Source: Balanoglossus misakiensis (taxonomy: Eukaryota > Animalia > Hemichordata). Taken from it: a DNA stretch of 64,000 nucleotides. Positions 15,001 through 29,400 of this stretch are shown in pieces (position 1 is the stretch's first letter; every line of letters starts with the position of its first letter). The position numbers were made by a program, and so were the translations under genes. A model generated the notes under the pieces. It was not told the DNA's origin, made no database searches, and was given only the letters and a program-made list of their open reading frames with translations. The stretch is from positions 1,890,902-1,954,901 of the forward strand of contig CM082585.2 in the NCBI GenBank assembly GCA_040954595.2, given 5' to 3'.

Positions 15001-18000
15001 TTCAAAAATCGACGAAATTTTGAGATTTTGCAAAGTCGAAAATGTGTCATTTTTTGATGATTTTCACCCATGATTTTTTTCAAAAATCGACAAAATTTTG
15101 AGATTTTGCAAATTCGAAAATTTGTAATTTTTTGATGATTTTCACCCATGTTTTTTTTCAAAAATCAACGAACCCATGATTTTTTTTCAAAAATCGACAA
15201 AATTTTGAGATTTTGCAAAGTCGAAAATTTGTAATTTTTTGATGATTTTCACCCATGTTTTTTTTCAAAATTGAACGAACCCATGATTTTTTTCAAAAAT
15301 CGACGAAATTTTGAGATTTTGCAAAGTCGAAAATTTGTCATTTTTTGATGATTTTCACCCATGTTTTTTTTTTCAAAAATCGACGAAATTTTGAGATTTT
15401 GCAAAGTCGAAAATTTGTCATTTATTAATGATTTTCACCCATGATTTTTTTTCAAAAATCGACAAATTTTTGAGATTTTGCAAAGTCGAAAATTTGTAAT
15501 TTTTTGATGATTTTCACCCATGTTTTTTTTCAAAATTGAACGAACCCATGATTTTTTTCAAAAATCGACGAAATTTTGAGATTTTGCAAAGTCGAAAATT
15601 TGTCATTTTTTGATGATTTTCACCCATGATTTTTTTTAAAAAATCGACGAAATTTTGAGATTTTGCAAAGTCGAAAATTTGTCATTTATTAATGATTTTC
15701 ACCCATGATTTTTCTCAAAAATCGACGAAATTTTGAGATTTTGCAAAGTCGAAAATTTGTAATTTTTTGATGATTTTCACCCATGATTTTTTTTCAAAAA
15801 TCGACGAAATTTTGAGATTTTGCAAAGTCGAAAATTTGTCATTTATTAATGATTTTCACCCATGATTTTTTTTCAAAAATCGACAAAATTTTGAGATTTT
15901 GCAAAGTCGAAAATTTGTAATTTTTTGATGATTTTCACCCATGTTTTTTTTCAAAATTGAACGAACCCATGATTTTTTTCAAAAATCGACGAAATTTTGA
16001 GATTTTGCAAAGTCGAAAATTTGTCATTTTTTGATGATTTTCACCCATGTTTTTTTTTTCAAAAATCGACGAAATTTTGAGATTTTGCAAAGTCGAAAAT
16101 TTGTCATTTTTTGATGATTTTCACCCATGATTTTTTTCAAAAATCGACAAAATTTTTAGATTTTGCAAAGTCGAAAATTTGTAATTTTTTGATGATTTTT
16201 ACCCATGATTTTTTTTTTTCAAAAATCGACGAAATTTTGAGATTTTGCAAAGACGAAAATTTGTAATTTTTTGATGATTTTCACCCATGACTTTTTTTCA
16301 AAAATTTACGAAATTTTGAGATTTTGCAAAGTCGAAAATTTGTCATTTTTTGATGATTTTCACCCATGATTTTTCTCAAAAATCGACGAAATTTTGAGAT
16401 TTTGCAAAGTCGAAAATTTGTAATTTTTTGATGATTTTCACCCATGATTTTTTTTCAAAAATCAACGAACCCATGATTTTTTTTCAAAAATCGACAAAAT
16501 TTTGAGATTTTGCAAAGTCGAAAATTTGTCATTTTTTGATGATTTTCACCCATGATTTTTCTCAAAAATCGACGAAATTTTGAGATTTTGCAAAGTCGAA
16601 AATTTGTAATTTTTTGATGATTTTCACCCATGATTTTTTTTTCAAAAATCGACGAAATTTTGAGATTTTGCAATGTCGAAAATTTGTCATTTATTAATGA
16701 TTTTCACCCATGATTTTTTTTCAAAAATCGACAAATTTTTGAGATTTTGCAAAGTCGAAAATTTGTAATTTTTTGATGATTTTCACCCATGTTTTTTTTC
16801 AAAATTGAACGAACCCATGATTTTTTTCAAAAATCGACGAAATTTTGAGATTTTGCAAAGTCGAAAATTTGTCATTTTTTGATGATTTTCACCCATGATT
16901 TTTTTCAAAAATCGACGAAATTTTGAGATTTTGCAAAGTCGAAAATGTGTCATTTTTTGATGATTTTCACCCATGATTTTTTTCAAAAATCGACAAAATT
17001 TTGAGATTTTGCAAATTCGAAAATTTGTAATTTTTTGATGATTTTCACCCATGTTTTTTTTCAAAAATCAACGAACCCATGATTTTTTTTCAAAAATCGG
17101 CAAAATTTTCAGATTTTGCAAAGTCGAAAATTTGTCATTTTTTGATGATTTTCACCCATGATTTTTCTCAAAAATCGACGAAATTTTGAGATTTTGCAAA
17201 GTCGAAAATTTGTAATTTTTTGATGATTTTCACCCATGATTTTTTTTAAAAAATCGACGAAATTTTGAGATTTTGCAAAGTCGAAAATTTGTCATTTATT
17301 AATGATTTTCACCCATGATTTTTTTTCAAAAATCGACAAAATTTTGAGATTTTGCAAAGTCGAAAATTTGTAATTTTTTGATGATTTTCACCCATGTTTT
17401 TTTTCAAAATTGAACGAACCCATGATTTTTTTCAAAAATCGACGAAATTTTGAGATTTTGCAAAGTCGAAAATTTGTCATTTTTTGATGATTTTCACCCA
17501 TGTTTTTTTTTTCAAAAATCGACGAAATTTTGAGATTTTGCAAAGTCGAAAATTTGTCATTTATTAATGATTTTCACCCATGATTTTTTTTCAAAAATCG
17601 ACAAATTTTTGAGATTTTGCAAAGTCGAAAATTTGTAATTTTTTGATGATTTTCACCCATGTTTTTTTTCAAAATTGAACGAACCCATGATTTTTTTCAA
17701 AAATCGACGAAATTTTGAGATTTTGCAAAGTCGAAAATTTGTCATTTTTTGATGATTTTCACCCATGATTTTTTTCAAAAATCGACAAAATTTTGAGATT
17801 TTGCAAAGTCGAAAATTTGTAATTTTTTGATGATTTTTACCCATGATTTTTTTTTTCAAAAATCGACGAAATTTTGAGATTTTGCAAAGACGAAAATTTG
17901 TAATTTTTTGATGATTTTCACCCATATTTTTTTTCAAAATTGAACGAACCCATGATTTTTTTCAAAAATCGACGAAATTTTGAGATTTTGCAAAGTCGAA

Positions 18001-21000
18001 AATTTGTCATTTTTTGATGATTTTCACCCATGATTTTTTTCAAAAATCGACGAAATTTTGAGATTTTGCAAAGTCGAAAATGTGTCATTTTTTGATGATT
18101 TTCACCCATGATTTTTTTCAAAAATCGACAAAATTTTGAGATTTTGCAAATTCGAAAATTTGTAATTTTTTGATGATTTTCACCCATGTTTTTTTTTCAA
18201 AAATCACGAACCCATGATTTTTTTTCAAAAATCGACAAAATTTTGAGATTTTGCAAAGTCGAAAATTTGTCATTTTTTGATGATTTTCACCCATGATTTT
18301 TCTCAAAAATCGACGAAATTTTGAGATTTTGCAAAGTCGAAAATTTGTAATTTTTTGATGATTTTCACCCATGATTTTTTTTCAAAAATCGACGAAATTT
18401 TGAGATTTTGCAAAGTCGAAAATTTGTCATTTATTAATGATTTTCACCCATGATTTTTTTTCAAAAATCGACAAAATTTTGAGATTTTGCAAAGTCGAAA
18501 ATTTGTAATTTTTTGATGATTTTCACCCATGTTTTTTTTCAAAATTGAACGAACCCATGATTTTTTTCAAAAATCGACGAAATTTTGAGATTTTGCAAAT
18601 TCGAAAATTTGTCATTTTTTGATGATTTTCACCCATGTTTTTTTTTCCAAAATCGACGAAATTTTGAGATTTTGCAAAGTCGAAAATTTGTCATTTTTTG
18701 ATGATTTTTTCCCATGATTTTGTTTTTCAAAAATCGACCAAATTTTGAGATTTTGCAAAGACAAAAAATTGTCATTTTTTGATGATTTTCACCCATGATT
18801 TTTTTCAAAAATCGACGAAATTTTGAGATTTTGCAAAGACGAAAATTTGTCGTTTTTTGATGATTTTCACCCATGATTTTTCTCAAAAATCGACGAAATT
18901 TTGAGATTTTGCAAAGTCGAAAATTTGTCATTTTTTGATGATTTTCACCCATGATTCTTTTCAAAAATCGACGAAATTTGAGATTTTGCAAAGTCGAAAA
19001 TTTGTCATTTTTTGATGATTTTTACCCATGATTTTTTTTTTCAAAAATCGACCAAATTTTGAGATTTTGCAAAGACGAAAATTTGTCATTTTTTGATGAT
19101 TTTCACCCATGATTTTTCTAAAAAATCGACGAAATTTTGAGATTTTGCAAAGTCAAAAATTTGTCATTTTTTGATGATTTTCACCCATGATTTTTTTCAA
19201 AAATCGACGAAATTTAAGATTTTGCAAAGTCGAAAATTTGTCATTTTTTGATGATTTTCACCCATGATTTTTTTCAAAAATCGACGAAATTTTGAGATTT
19301 TGCAAAGTCGAAAATTTGTCATTTTTTGATAATTTTTTCCTATGATTTTTCTCAAAAATCGACGAAATTTTGAGATTTTGCAAAGTCAAAAATTTGTCAT
19401 TTTTTGATGATTTTCACCCATGATTTTTTTCAAAAATCGACGAAATTTAAGATTTTGCAAAGTCGAAAATTTGTCATTTTTTGATGATTTTCACCCATGA
19501 TTTTTTTCAAAAATCGACAAAATTTTTAGATTTTGCAAAGTCGAAAATTTGTAATTTTTTGATGATTTTTACCCATGATTTTTTTTTCAAAAATCGACGA
19601 AATTTTGAGATTTTGCAAAGACGAAACTTTTTAATTTTTTGATGATTTTCACCCATGACTTTTTTTCAAAAATTTACGAAATTTTGAGATTTTGCAAAGT
19701 CGAAAATTTGTCATTTTTTGATGATTTTCACCCATGATTTTTTTCAAAAATCGACGAAATTTTGAGATTTTGCAAAGTCGAAAATTTGTCATTTTTTGAT
19801 GATTTTCACCCATGATTTTTTTCAAAAATCGACAAAATTTTTAGATTTTGCAAAGTCGAAAATTTGTAATTTTTTGATGATTTTTACCCATGATTTTTTT
19901 TTTCAAAAATCGACGATTTTTTGAGATTTTGCAAAGACGAAACTTTTTAATTTTTTGATGATTTTCACCCATGACTTTTTTTCAAAAATTTACGAAATTT
20001 TGAGATTTTGCAAAGTCGAAAATTTGTCATTTTTTGATGATTTTCACCCATGTTTTTTTTTTCAAAAATCGACGAAATTTTGAGATTTTGCAAATTCGAA
20101 AATTTGTAATTTTTTGATGATTTTCACCCATGTTTTTTTTCAAAAATCAACGAACCCATGATTTTTTTTCAAAAATCGACAAAATTTTGAGATTTTGCAA
20201 AGTCGAAAATTTGTCATTTTTTGATGATTTTCACCCATGATTTTTTTCAAAAATCGACGAAATTTTGAGATTTTGCAAAGTCGAAAATTTGTCATTTTTT
20301 GATTATTTTCACCCATGATTTTTTTCAAAAATCGACAAAATTTTTAGATTTTGCAAAGTCGACAATTTGTCATTTTTTGATGATTTTCACCATGATTTTT
20401 TTTTTAAAAATGACGAAATTTTGAGATTTTGCAAAGACGAAAATTTGTCATTTTTTGATGATTTTCACCCATGATTTTTTTTCAAAAATGTACGAAATTT
20501 TGAGATTTTGCAAAGTCGAAAATTTGTAATTTTTTGATGATTTTCACCAATGTTTTTTTTTAAAAATCAACGAACCCATGATTTTTTTAAAAAATTGACA
20601 CCAATGTTTTTTTTAAAAAATCAACGAACTCATGATTTTTTTAAAAAATTGACATTTTGAGATTTTGCAAAGTCGAAAATTTGTCATTTTTTGATGATTT
20701 TCACCATGATTGTTTTTTTCAAAAATCGACAAAATTTTTAGATTTTGCAAAGTCGAAAATTTGTAATTTTTTGATGATTTTCACCCATGACTTTTTTTCA
20801 AAAATTTACGAAATTTTGAGATTTTGCAAAGTCGAAAATTTGTAATTTTTTGATGATTTTTACCCATGATTTTTTTTTTCAAAAATCGACGAAATTTTGA
20901 GATTTTGCAAAGACGAAAATTTGTAATTTTTTGATGATTTTCACCCATGACTTTTTTTCAAAAATTTACGAAATTTTGAGATTTTGCAAAGTCGAAAATT

Positions 21001-24000
21001 TGTCATTTTTTGATGATTTTTTCCCATGATTTTGTTTTTCAAAAATCGACCAAATTTTGGGATTTTGCAAAGACGAAAATTTGTCATTTTTTGATGATTT
21101 TCACCCATGATTTTTTTCAAAAATCGACGAACCCATGATTTTTTTTTCCAAAATCTACGAAATTTTGAGATTTTGCAAAGTCGAAAATTTGTAATTTTTT
21201 GATGATTTTCACCCATGTTTTTTTTTCCAAAATCGACGAAATTTTGAGATTTTGCAAATTCGAAAATTTGTAATTTTTTGATGATTTTCACCCATGTTTT
21301 TTTTCAAAAATCAACGAACCCATGATTTTTTTTCAAAAATCGACAAAATTTTGAGATTTTGCAAAGTCGAAAATTTGTCATTTTTTGATGATTTTCACCC
21401 ATGATTTTTCTCAAAAATCGACGAAATTTTGAGATTTTGCAAAGTCGAAAATTTGTAATTTTTTGATGATTTTCACCCATGATTTTTTTTCAAAAATCGA
21501 CGAAATTTTGAGATTTTGCAAAGTCGAAAATTTGTCATTTATTAATGATTTTCACCCATGATTTTTTTTCAAAAATCGACAAAATTTTGAGATTTTGCAA
21601 AGTCGAAAATTTGTAATTTTTTGATGATTTTCACCCATGTTTTTTTTTCAAAATTGAACGAACCCATGATTTTTTTCAAAAATCGACGAAATTTTGAGAT
21701 TTTGCAAAGTCGAAAATTTGTCATTTTTTGATGATTTTCACCCATGATTTTTTTCAAAAATCGACAAAATTTTTAGATTTTGCAAAGTCGAAAATTTGTA
21801 ATTTTTTGATGATTTTTACCCATGATTTTTTTTTTCAAAAATCGACGAAATTTTGAGATTTTGCAAAGACGAAAATTTGTAATTTTTTTATGATTTTCAC
21901 CCATGACTTTTTTTCAAAAATTTACGAAATTTTGAGATTTTGCAAAGTCGAAAATTTGTCATTTTTTGATGATTTTCACCCATGTTTTTTTTTCAAAAAT
22001 CGACGAAATTTTGAGATTTTGCAAATTCGAAAATTTGTAATTTTTTGATGATTTTCACCCATGTTTTTTTTTCAAAAATCAACGAACCCATGATTTTTTT
22101 TCAAAAATCTACGAAATTTTGAGATTTTGCAAAGTCGAAAATTTGTCATTTTTTGATGATTTTCACCCATGATTTTTTTCAAAAATCGACAAAATTTTTA
22201 GATTTTGCAAAGTCGAAAATTTGTATTTTTTTGATGATTTTTACCCATGATTTTATTTTTCAAAAATCGACGAAATTTTGAGATTTTGCAAAGACGAAAA
22301 TTTGTAATTTTTTGATGATTTTCACCCGTTTTTTTTTCAAAAATCAACGAACCCATGATTTTTTTTCAAAAATCGACAATATTTTGAGATTTTGCAAAGT
22401 TGAACATTTGTCATTTGTTGATGATTTTCACCCATGTTTTTTTTTTCAAAAATGGACGAACCCATGTTTTTTTTTTTCAAAAATCGACGAATTTTTTGAA
22501 AATTTTGTTAAGTCGAAAATTTGTAATTTTTTTGATGATTTCCCCCCCCCCCCACGATTTTTTTTTTCAAAAATCGACGAAATTTTGAGATTTTGCAAAG
22601 TTGAACATTTGTCATTTGTTGATGATTTTCACCCATGTTTTTTTTTTCAAAAATGGACGAACCCATGTTTTTTTTTTTAAATCGACGAATTTTTCAAAAT
22701 TTTGCAAAGTCGAAAATTTGTCATTTTTTTGATGATTTCCCCCCCCCACGATTTTTTTTTCAAAAATTGACGAAATTTTGAGATTTTGCAAGTCGAAAAT
22801 TTGTCATTTTTTGATGATTTTTACCCATGATTTTTTTTCAAAAATTGACGAAATTTTAAGATTTTGCAGTCGAAAATTTGTCATTTTTTGATGATTTTCC
22901 CCTATGATTTTTTTCAGAAATCGATGAAATTTTGAGATTTTGCAAAGTCGAAACTTTGTCATTTTTGATGATTTTCACCCATTTTTTTTTCAAGAATCAT
23001 TTTTTGAAGATTTTCACCCATGTTTTTTTTCAAAATCGACGGACTTTTGAGATTTTGCAAATTCGAAAATTTGTCATTTTTTGATGATTTTCACCCGTTT
23101 TTTTTTCGACGAACCCATGTTTTTTTTTTTCCAAAATCGACGATATATTGAGATTTTGCAAAGTCGAAAATTTGTCATTTTTTTATGTTTCCCCCCCCCC
23201 CCCCCCACGATTTTTTTTTTTCAAAAATCGACGAAAATCTCGAAGTTCTTGCAAAGTCGAAAATTTGTCATTTTTTGATGATTTTCAGCCATGATTTTTT
23301 TTAAAAATCGACGAACCCATACTTTTTTCAAAATCGACAAAATTTTGAGATTTTGCAGTCGAAAATTTGTCATTTTTTGATGATTTTCATCCATGTTTTT
23401 TTTTCAAAAATCGACGAAATTTTGAGATTTTGCAGTCAAAAATTTGTCATTTGTTGATGATTTTCATCAGCTATAACCCATTTTTTTTTCAAAAATCGAC
23501 GAATTTTTGAAAATTTTGCAAAGTCGAAAATTTGTCATTTTTTGATGATTTTCACCCATGATTTTTTCAAAAATCGACGAAATTTTGAGATTTTGCAAAG
23601 TCGAACATTTTTCATTTATTGATGATTTTTACCCATGATTTTTTTCAAAAATTGACGAAATTTTAAGATTGTGCAGTCGAAAATTTGTCATTTTTTGATG
23701 ATTTTCACCCATTTTTTTTCAAAAATCGACGAAATTTTGAGTTTTTGCAAAGTCGAAAATTTGTCATTTTTTGAAGATTTTCACCCATGTTTTTTTTTTA
23801 AATCGACGGACTTTTGAGATTTTGCAAAGTCGAAAATTTGTCATTTTTTGATGATTTTCACCCATGTTTTTTTTTCGACGAACCCATGTTTTTTTTTCCA
23901 AAATCGACGATATTTTGAGATTTTGCAAAGTCGAAAATTTGTCATTTTTTGATGATTTTTACCCATGATTTTTTTTCAAAAATTGACGAAATTTTAAGAT

Positions 24001-25569
24001 TTTGCAGTCGAAAATTTGTCATTTTTTGATGATTTTCCCCTATGATTTTTTTCAGAAATCGATGAAATTTTGAGATTTTGCAAAGTCGAAACTTTGTCAT
24101 TTTTGATGATTTTCACCCATTTTTTTTCAAGAATCATTTTTTGAAGATTTTCACCCATGTTTTTTTTCAAAATCGACGGACTTTTGAGATTTTGCAAATT
24201 CGAAAATTTGTCATTTTTTGATGATTTTCACCCGTTTTTTTTTCGACGAACCCATGTTTTTTTTTTTCCAAAATCGACGATATATTGAGATTTTGCAAAG
24301 TCGAAAATTTGTCATTTTTTTATGATTTCCCCCCCCCCCCCACGATTTTTTTTTTCAAAAATCGACGAAAATCTCGAAGTTCTTGCAAAGTCGAAAATTT
24401 GTCATTTTTTGATGATTTTCAGCCATGATTTTTTTTAAAAATCGACGAACCCATACTTTTTTCAAAATCGACAAAATTTTGAGATTTTGCAGTCGAAAAT
24501 TTGTCATTTTTTGATGATTTTCATCCATGTTTTTTTTTCAAAAATCGACGAAATTTTGAGATTTTGCAGTCAAAAATTTGTCATTTGTTGATGATTTTCA
24601 TCAGCTATAACCCATTTTTTTTTCAAAAATCGACGAATTTTTGAAAATTTTGCAAAGTCGAAAATTTGTCATTTTTTGATGATTTTCACCCATGATTTTT
24701 TTCAAAAATCGACGAAATTTTGAGATTTTGCAAAGTCGAACATTTTTCATTTATTGATGATTTTTACCCATGATTTTTTTTCAAAAATTGACGAAATTTT
24801 AAGATTGTGCAGTCGAAAATTTGTCATTTTTTGATGATTTTCACCCATTTTTTTTCAAAAATCGACGAAATTTTGAGTTTTTGCAAAGTCGAAAATTTGT
24901 CATTTTTTGAAGATTTTCACCCATGTTTTTTTTTTAAATCGACGGACTTTTGAGATTTTGCAAAGTCGAAAATTTGTCATTTTTTGATGATTTTCACCCA
25001 TGTTTTTTTTTCGACGAACCCATGTTTTTTTTTCCAAAATCGACGATATTTTGAGATTTTGCAAAGTCGAAAATTTGTCATTTTTTTTATGATTTCCCCC
25101 CCCCCACGATTTTTTTTTTCAAAAATCGACGAAAATCTCGAAGTTCTTGCAAAGTCGAAAATTTGTCATTTTTTGATGATTTTCACCCATGATTTTTTTT
25201 AAAAATCGACGAACCCATACTTTTTTCAAAATCGACAAAATTTTGAGATTTTGCAGTCGAAAATTTGTCATTTTTCGATGATTTTCATCCATGTTTTTTT
25301 TTCAAAAATCGACGAAATTTTGAGATTTTGCAAAGTCGAAAATTTGTCATTTTTTGATGATTTTCACCCATGATTTTTCTCAAAAATCGACGAAATTTTG
25401 AGATTTTGCAAAGTCGAAAATTTGTCATTTTTTGATGATTTTCACCCATGATTTTTTTTTTCAAAAATCGACAAAATTCCCATTTTTTGAAGATTTTCTC
25501 CCATGTTTTTTTTCAAAAATCGACGAACCCATGATTTTTTTTCAAAATCGACGAAATTTTGAGATTTTG
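1..25569 (+). repeat. Tandem satellite array, ~78-bp AT-rich monomer, forward orientation
   Basis: Consensus aaaatttgtcattttttgatgattttcacccatgatttttttcaaaaatcgacgaaattttgagattttgcaaagtcg (78 bp, 21/78 GC) repeats continuously. Length variation comes from T-runs plus ~106-bp variants carrying a ~28-bp internal duplication (cccatgttttttttcaaaaatcaacgaa). Divergence rises after ~22300. Runs off the left edge of the window. Confidence 0.98.
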
Positions 25570-26499
25570 CAAAATCTCAATATTTCGTCGATTTTGAAAA
25601 AAATCATGGGTTCTTGCAAAATCTCAAAATTTCGTCGATTTTGAAAAAAATCATGGGTTCGTTGAATTTTGAAAAAAATCATGGGTGAAAATCATCAAAA
25701 AATGACAAATTTTCGACTTTGCAAAATCTCAAAATTTCGTCGATTTTGGAAAAAAATCATGGGTTCGTCGATTTTTGCAAAAAATCATGGGTGAAAATCA
25801 TCAAAAAATGACAAATTTTCGACTTTGCAAAATCTCAAAATTTCGTCGAATTTGAAAAAAATCATGGGTTCTTGCAAAATCTCAAAATTTCGTCGATTTT
25901 GAAAACAATCATGGGTTCGTTGAATTGTGAAAAAAAACATGGATGAAAATCATCAAAAAATGACAAATTTTCGACTTTGCAAAATCTCAAAATTTCGTCG
26001 ATTTTGAAAAAAAATTATGGGTTCGTCGATTTTTGAAAAAAAAAAATGGGTGAAAATCATCAAAATGACCAATGTTCGACTTTGCAAATCTCAAAATTTC
26101 GTCGATTTTTGAAATAAAAAATCATGGGCTATAGCTCATGAAAATCATCAACAAATGTCAAATTTTCAACTTTGCGAAATCTCAAAATATCGTCGATTTT
26201 TGAAAAAAAAACATGGGTTCGTCGATTTTGAAAAAAAAATCATGGGCTATAGCTCATGAAAATCATCAACAAATGTCAAATTTTCAACTTTGCGAAATCT
26301 CAAAATTTCGTCGATTTTGAAAAAAATTATGGGTTCGTCGATTTTTGAAAAAAATCATCGGTGAAAATCATCAAAAAATGACAAATTTTCGACTGCAAAA
26401 TCTCAAAATTTCGTCGATTTCGAAAAAAATCATCGGTTCGTCGATTTTTGAAAAAAAAAACATGGGTGAAAATCATCAAAAAATTACAAATTTTCGACT
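25570..26499 (-). repeat. Same satellite, inverted orientation (diverged monomers)
   Basis: Reverse complement of the monomer (catgggtgaaaatcatcaaaaaatgacaaattttcgactttgcaaaatctcaaaatttcgtcg) begins at the palindrome centre ttttg|caaaa. Confidence 0.95.
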
Positions 26500-29400
26500 T
26501 AGTGTGGTATGATGTGTATTCCCGTAGGATTTTTGTGCTAAAATTGATTTTTTTGCTGTTTTGGCTTCTACGGGGACCCAACTACCCGAAAATGATGGGG
26601 TGCAATTTTAAGGGCCCCTCCATCATATTTTTCTGGGGGGGGGGGTACTTCCGTTTTGTGGTATGATGTGTATTCCCGTAGGATTTTTCTGCTAAAATTG
26701 ATTTTTTTTGCTGTTTGGCTTCAATGGGGACCCAACTACCCAAAAATCATGGGGTGCAATTTTTAGGGCCCCTCCATCAATTTTTTTCGGGGGGTCTCTT
26801 CTGTTTTGGTCACTCGAGGATATTTGTTCACCTATTTACTCTATCATCATGGGAATTTGGGCTACAATTAATTTGTTTTTGTTGTGTTTGCTTTGGAGGA
26901 GACCAACCTGGCCAAAAATAATCGGGTGCAAATTATAGGGCCCCTCCATCATTTTTTATTTGGGGGGGGGGGGCACTTCCATTTTGGCCACTCCGAAGTT
27001 GTTTGTTGGCCTATTTACTCCCTTCTCATAGAATATTTTGCTAAAAATATTATTTTTCTTTGATGTTTTGGTTTCAATGGGGCTCCACCAGAACTAAAAT
27101 GATGGGGTTCAAATTTTTGGAACCTTCCATCATGTCTTGGGGGGGGGGAGGGTAATCATTTCTGTTTTGGCCACCCTGAAGATACTTATTCACCTATTTA
27201 CTATACGGTTAGTATTGTCGTGGTATTTCTTGCAATTTGGTTTGCTCCTTTGGCTTGAATGCAGACTGACTGCCGAAAAGTGATGGTGTGCAAAATGTTG
27301 GACCCCTTTACCACATTTTTTGGTGGGGGGGGGGGGGGGGGGTTCTCTATATTTGTTTTCGCCAACCCGTTGTAACAGTAGTTTTTTTTTATCTTAGATT
27401 TTTTCGTTTATTCTAAATTTAGTATACTAAGGTAAATTAAAACTCCTTTATATATAATAAAGTACATAATGTGTATTTTAGTTTATTTTCCGAGCTACAG
27501 TCCCATCTCATAAAATGGACCCTTGAGGCACCCTCCCTACCACGGACGGTGCAATAAACAACCCAAGAAGCATAACGATTCTTTTCTGATATCTTGGTAT
27601 TCTCAATCATCATTTTCACGAAACCCAGTTCTGTTTGATCTACTCATCGCCAGTGTCGTTATCTTCAAGAACATTTCCCCCTGGTTTTCAGTCTCCACCA
27701 TAGCATTTGCAGAGGGGAGTACATAGTAAATCATTCTTTGAGCAACTGCAACGTCCCCTACAACCTGCTTTGCAGCCACATTTGATAAGCTCTAGTACTG
27801 CCTTTGGTGCAGGGAGAGCAAGACATTTTACTGGATAAAACACGCCATTCTCCGATTTCCACCCATTCTTTTTGATTGGGGGAAGTTCAGGACAATTTGT
27901 TGCGTATGATTTATCTCTCATTGTGATGAAGGGGTGGCACCCTTTTCACAGATCACGCAAATCTTATTTTTATCTACATATTAATTCTGTAGTTTATTGC
28001 AAAATGTCCTAATAGCTATCGAACTGGAACGTAAAACGCTGCTTACGGTGCTAAGAAAATAGCCAATATGTATTTAGTAATAAAACTGAGATGTAGTTCA
28101 CAGACTTGTTTTATTTTCAGTAGTATTGAGCTACAAAATGAGCCAAATTTGATATTGTTAATGTTTACCAAAACAAGTTTTAGAAGTAAGACATAGTTCA
28201 AGGGCTTTTTACAGCACTATTTTGCTATTGTCATGAAAATTTTGAAAATACTACTTTAAAATAGACAATACTTCAACTGATATGGCTTTATTTACGACAG
28301 TATTTAACTTTGAAATGAGTTCAACTGAATATCGTTTTAATACCCCAAAAAACAAGTGTTGATTAAAACGTACTTCAGAGTTTATGCACAGACTTATATC
28401 GATGAGAATTTTAGTACAATGGTAAATATCTCAGACATTGATTGTGCTACGAAAGAATAAACAACTCTTAACGAAAAAGTTACCAGAATCATATGCATAT
28501 GATTCTGGTAACTCACGGCCCCTCGGGTGTAATAAACGGCTGCTATGGCCCTCATGGCCAGGCAATAGGTGTTCACTATTTGGTATAGCCTAGTATACTA
28601 TATTTTTGTAAACCATAGAAAACATGAGTGTGGTGATGAGTTGGGTGGCGGTCCAAGGTGAGGGGAGGTATATTATGCTAAGTCCAAACCAGAGAGATAT
28701 TTGTGGTTGATTTGTTAGTGTCAAAATTCAACTAAGTATATTTATAAAAATAAGATAGCGCTGTAGTATATATGACAACTGATACAAATGTAGGTAACTG
28801 ATATGTTTACCCATAAACCGTCTAATATTTAAGATTCCCAATATGTGGAGAGGCCCTAAAATTTGACCTCATTTTTGAGCAGTTAGGTCCCCATAGAAGT
28901 TAAAAAAAAAGAAATTGGAAGAAATCCTTTACAAATACACATGTCACACTATGAACAAATATCTCCAGGGCTGCTAAAACTAAAGTGACCACCCCCCCCC
29001 CCTGCAAGAAAATGTGATGGAGGGGTCCAACAAATTGATTTCCATCATTTTGGGGATGTTTATTCATCATTGAAACCAAAACAGCAAACAAAACAAATAA
29101 CTATTAGCAAAAACTCCTACGAGAATACACGGTATAGGTGAACAAATACCGTTAAGATTGTCGGAATGTAAGTGCCCCCCCCCCCCACAAATGTAATAGA
29201 GGGGCCCTAAAATTTGCATGTGATCTTTTGTGACCAGGTGTCAAAACAGCAAAAAAAAAATTCTTTAGCAGAAAATTCTACGAAAATGGAGTAGATAGGT
29301 GAATAAATATCTTCGGGGAGGCCAAAACAGGAGTGACGACCCCCCCCCCCCCCCCCGAAAAAATATGATGGAGGGGCCCTAAAAATTGCACCCCATCATT

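Noticed and set aside
27688-27921. Host tesmin/LIN54 gene
   Set aside because: Lies inside a TIR/TSD-bounded element, and the upstream GW...PAP motif is transposase-type.
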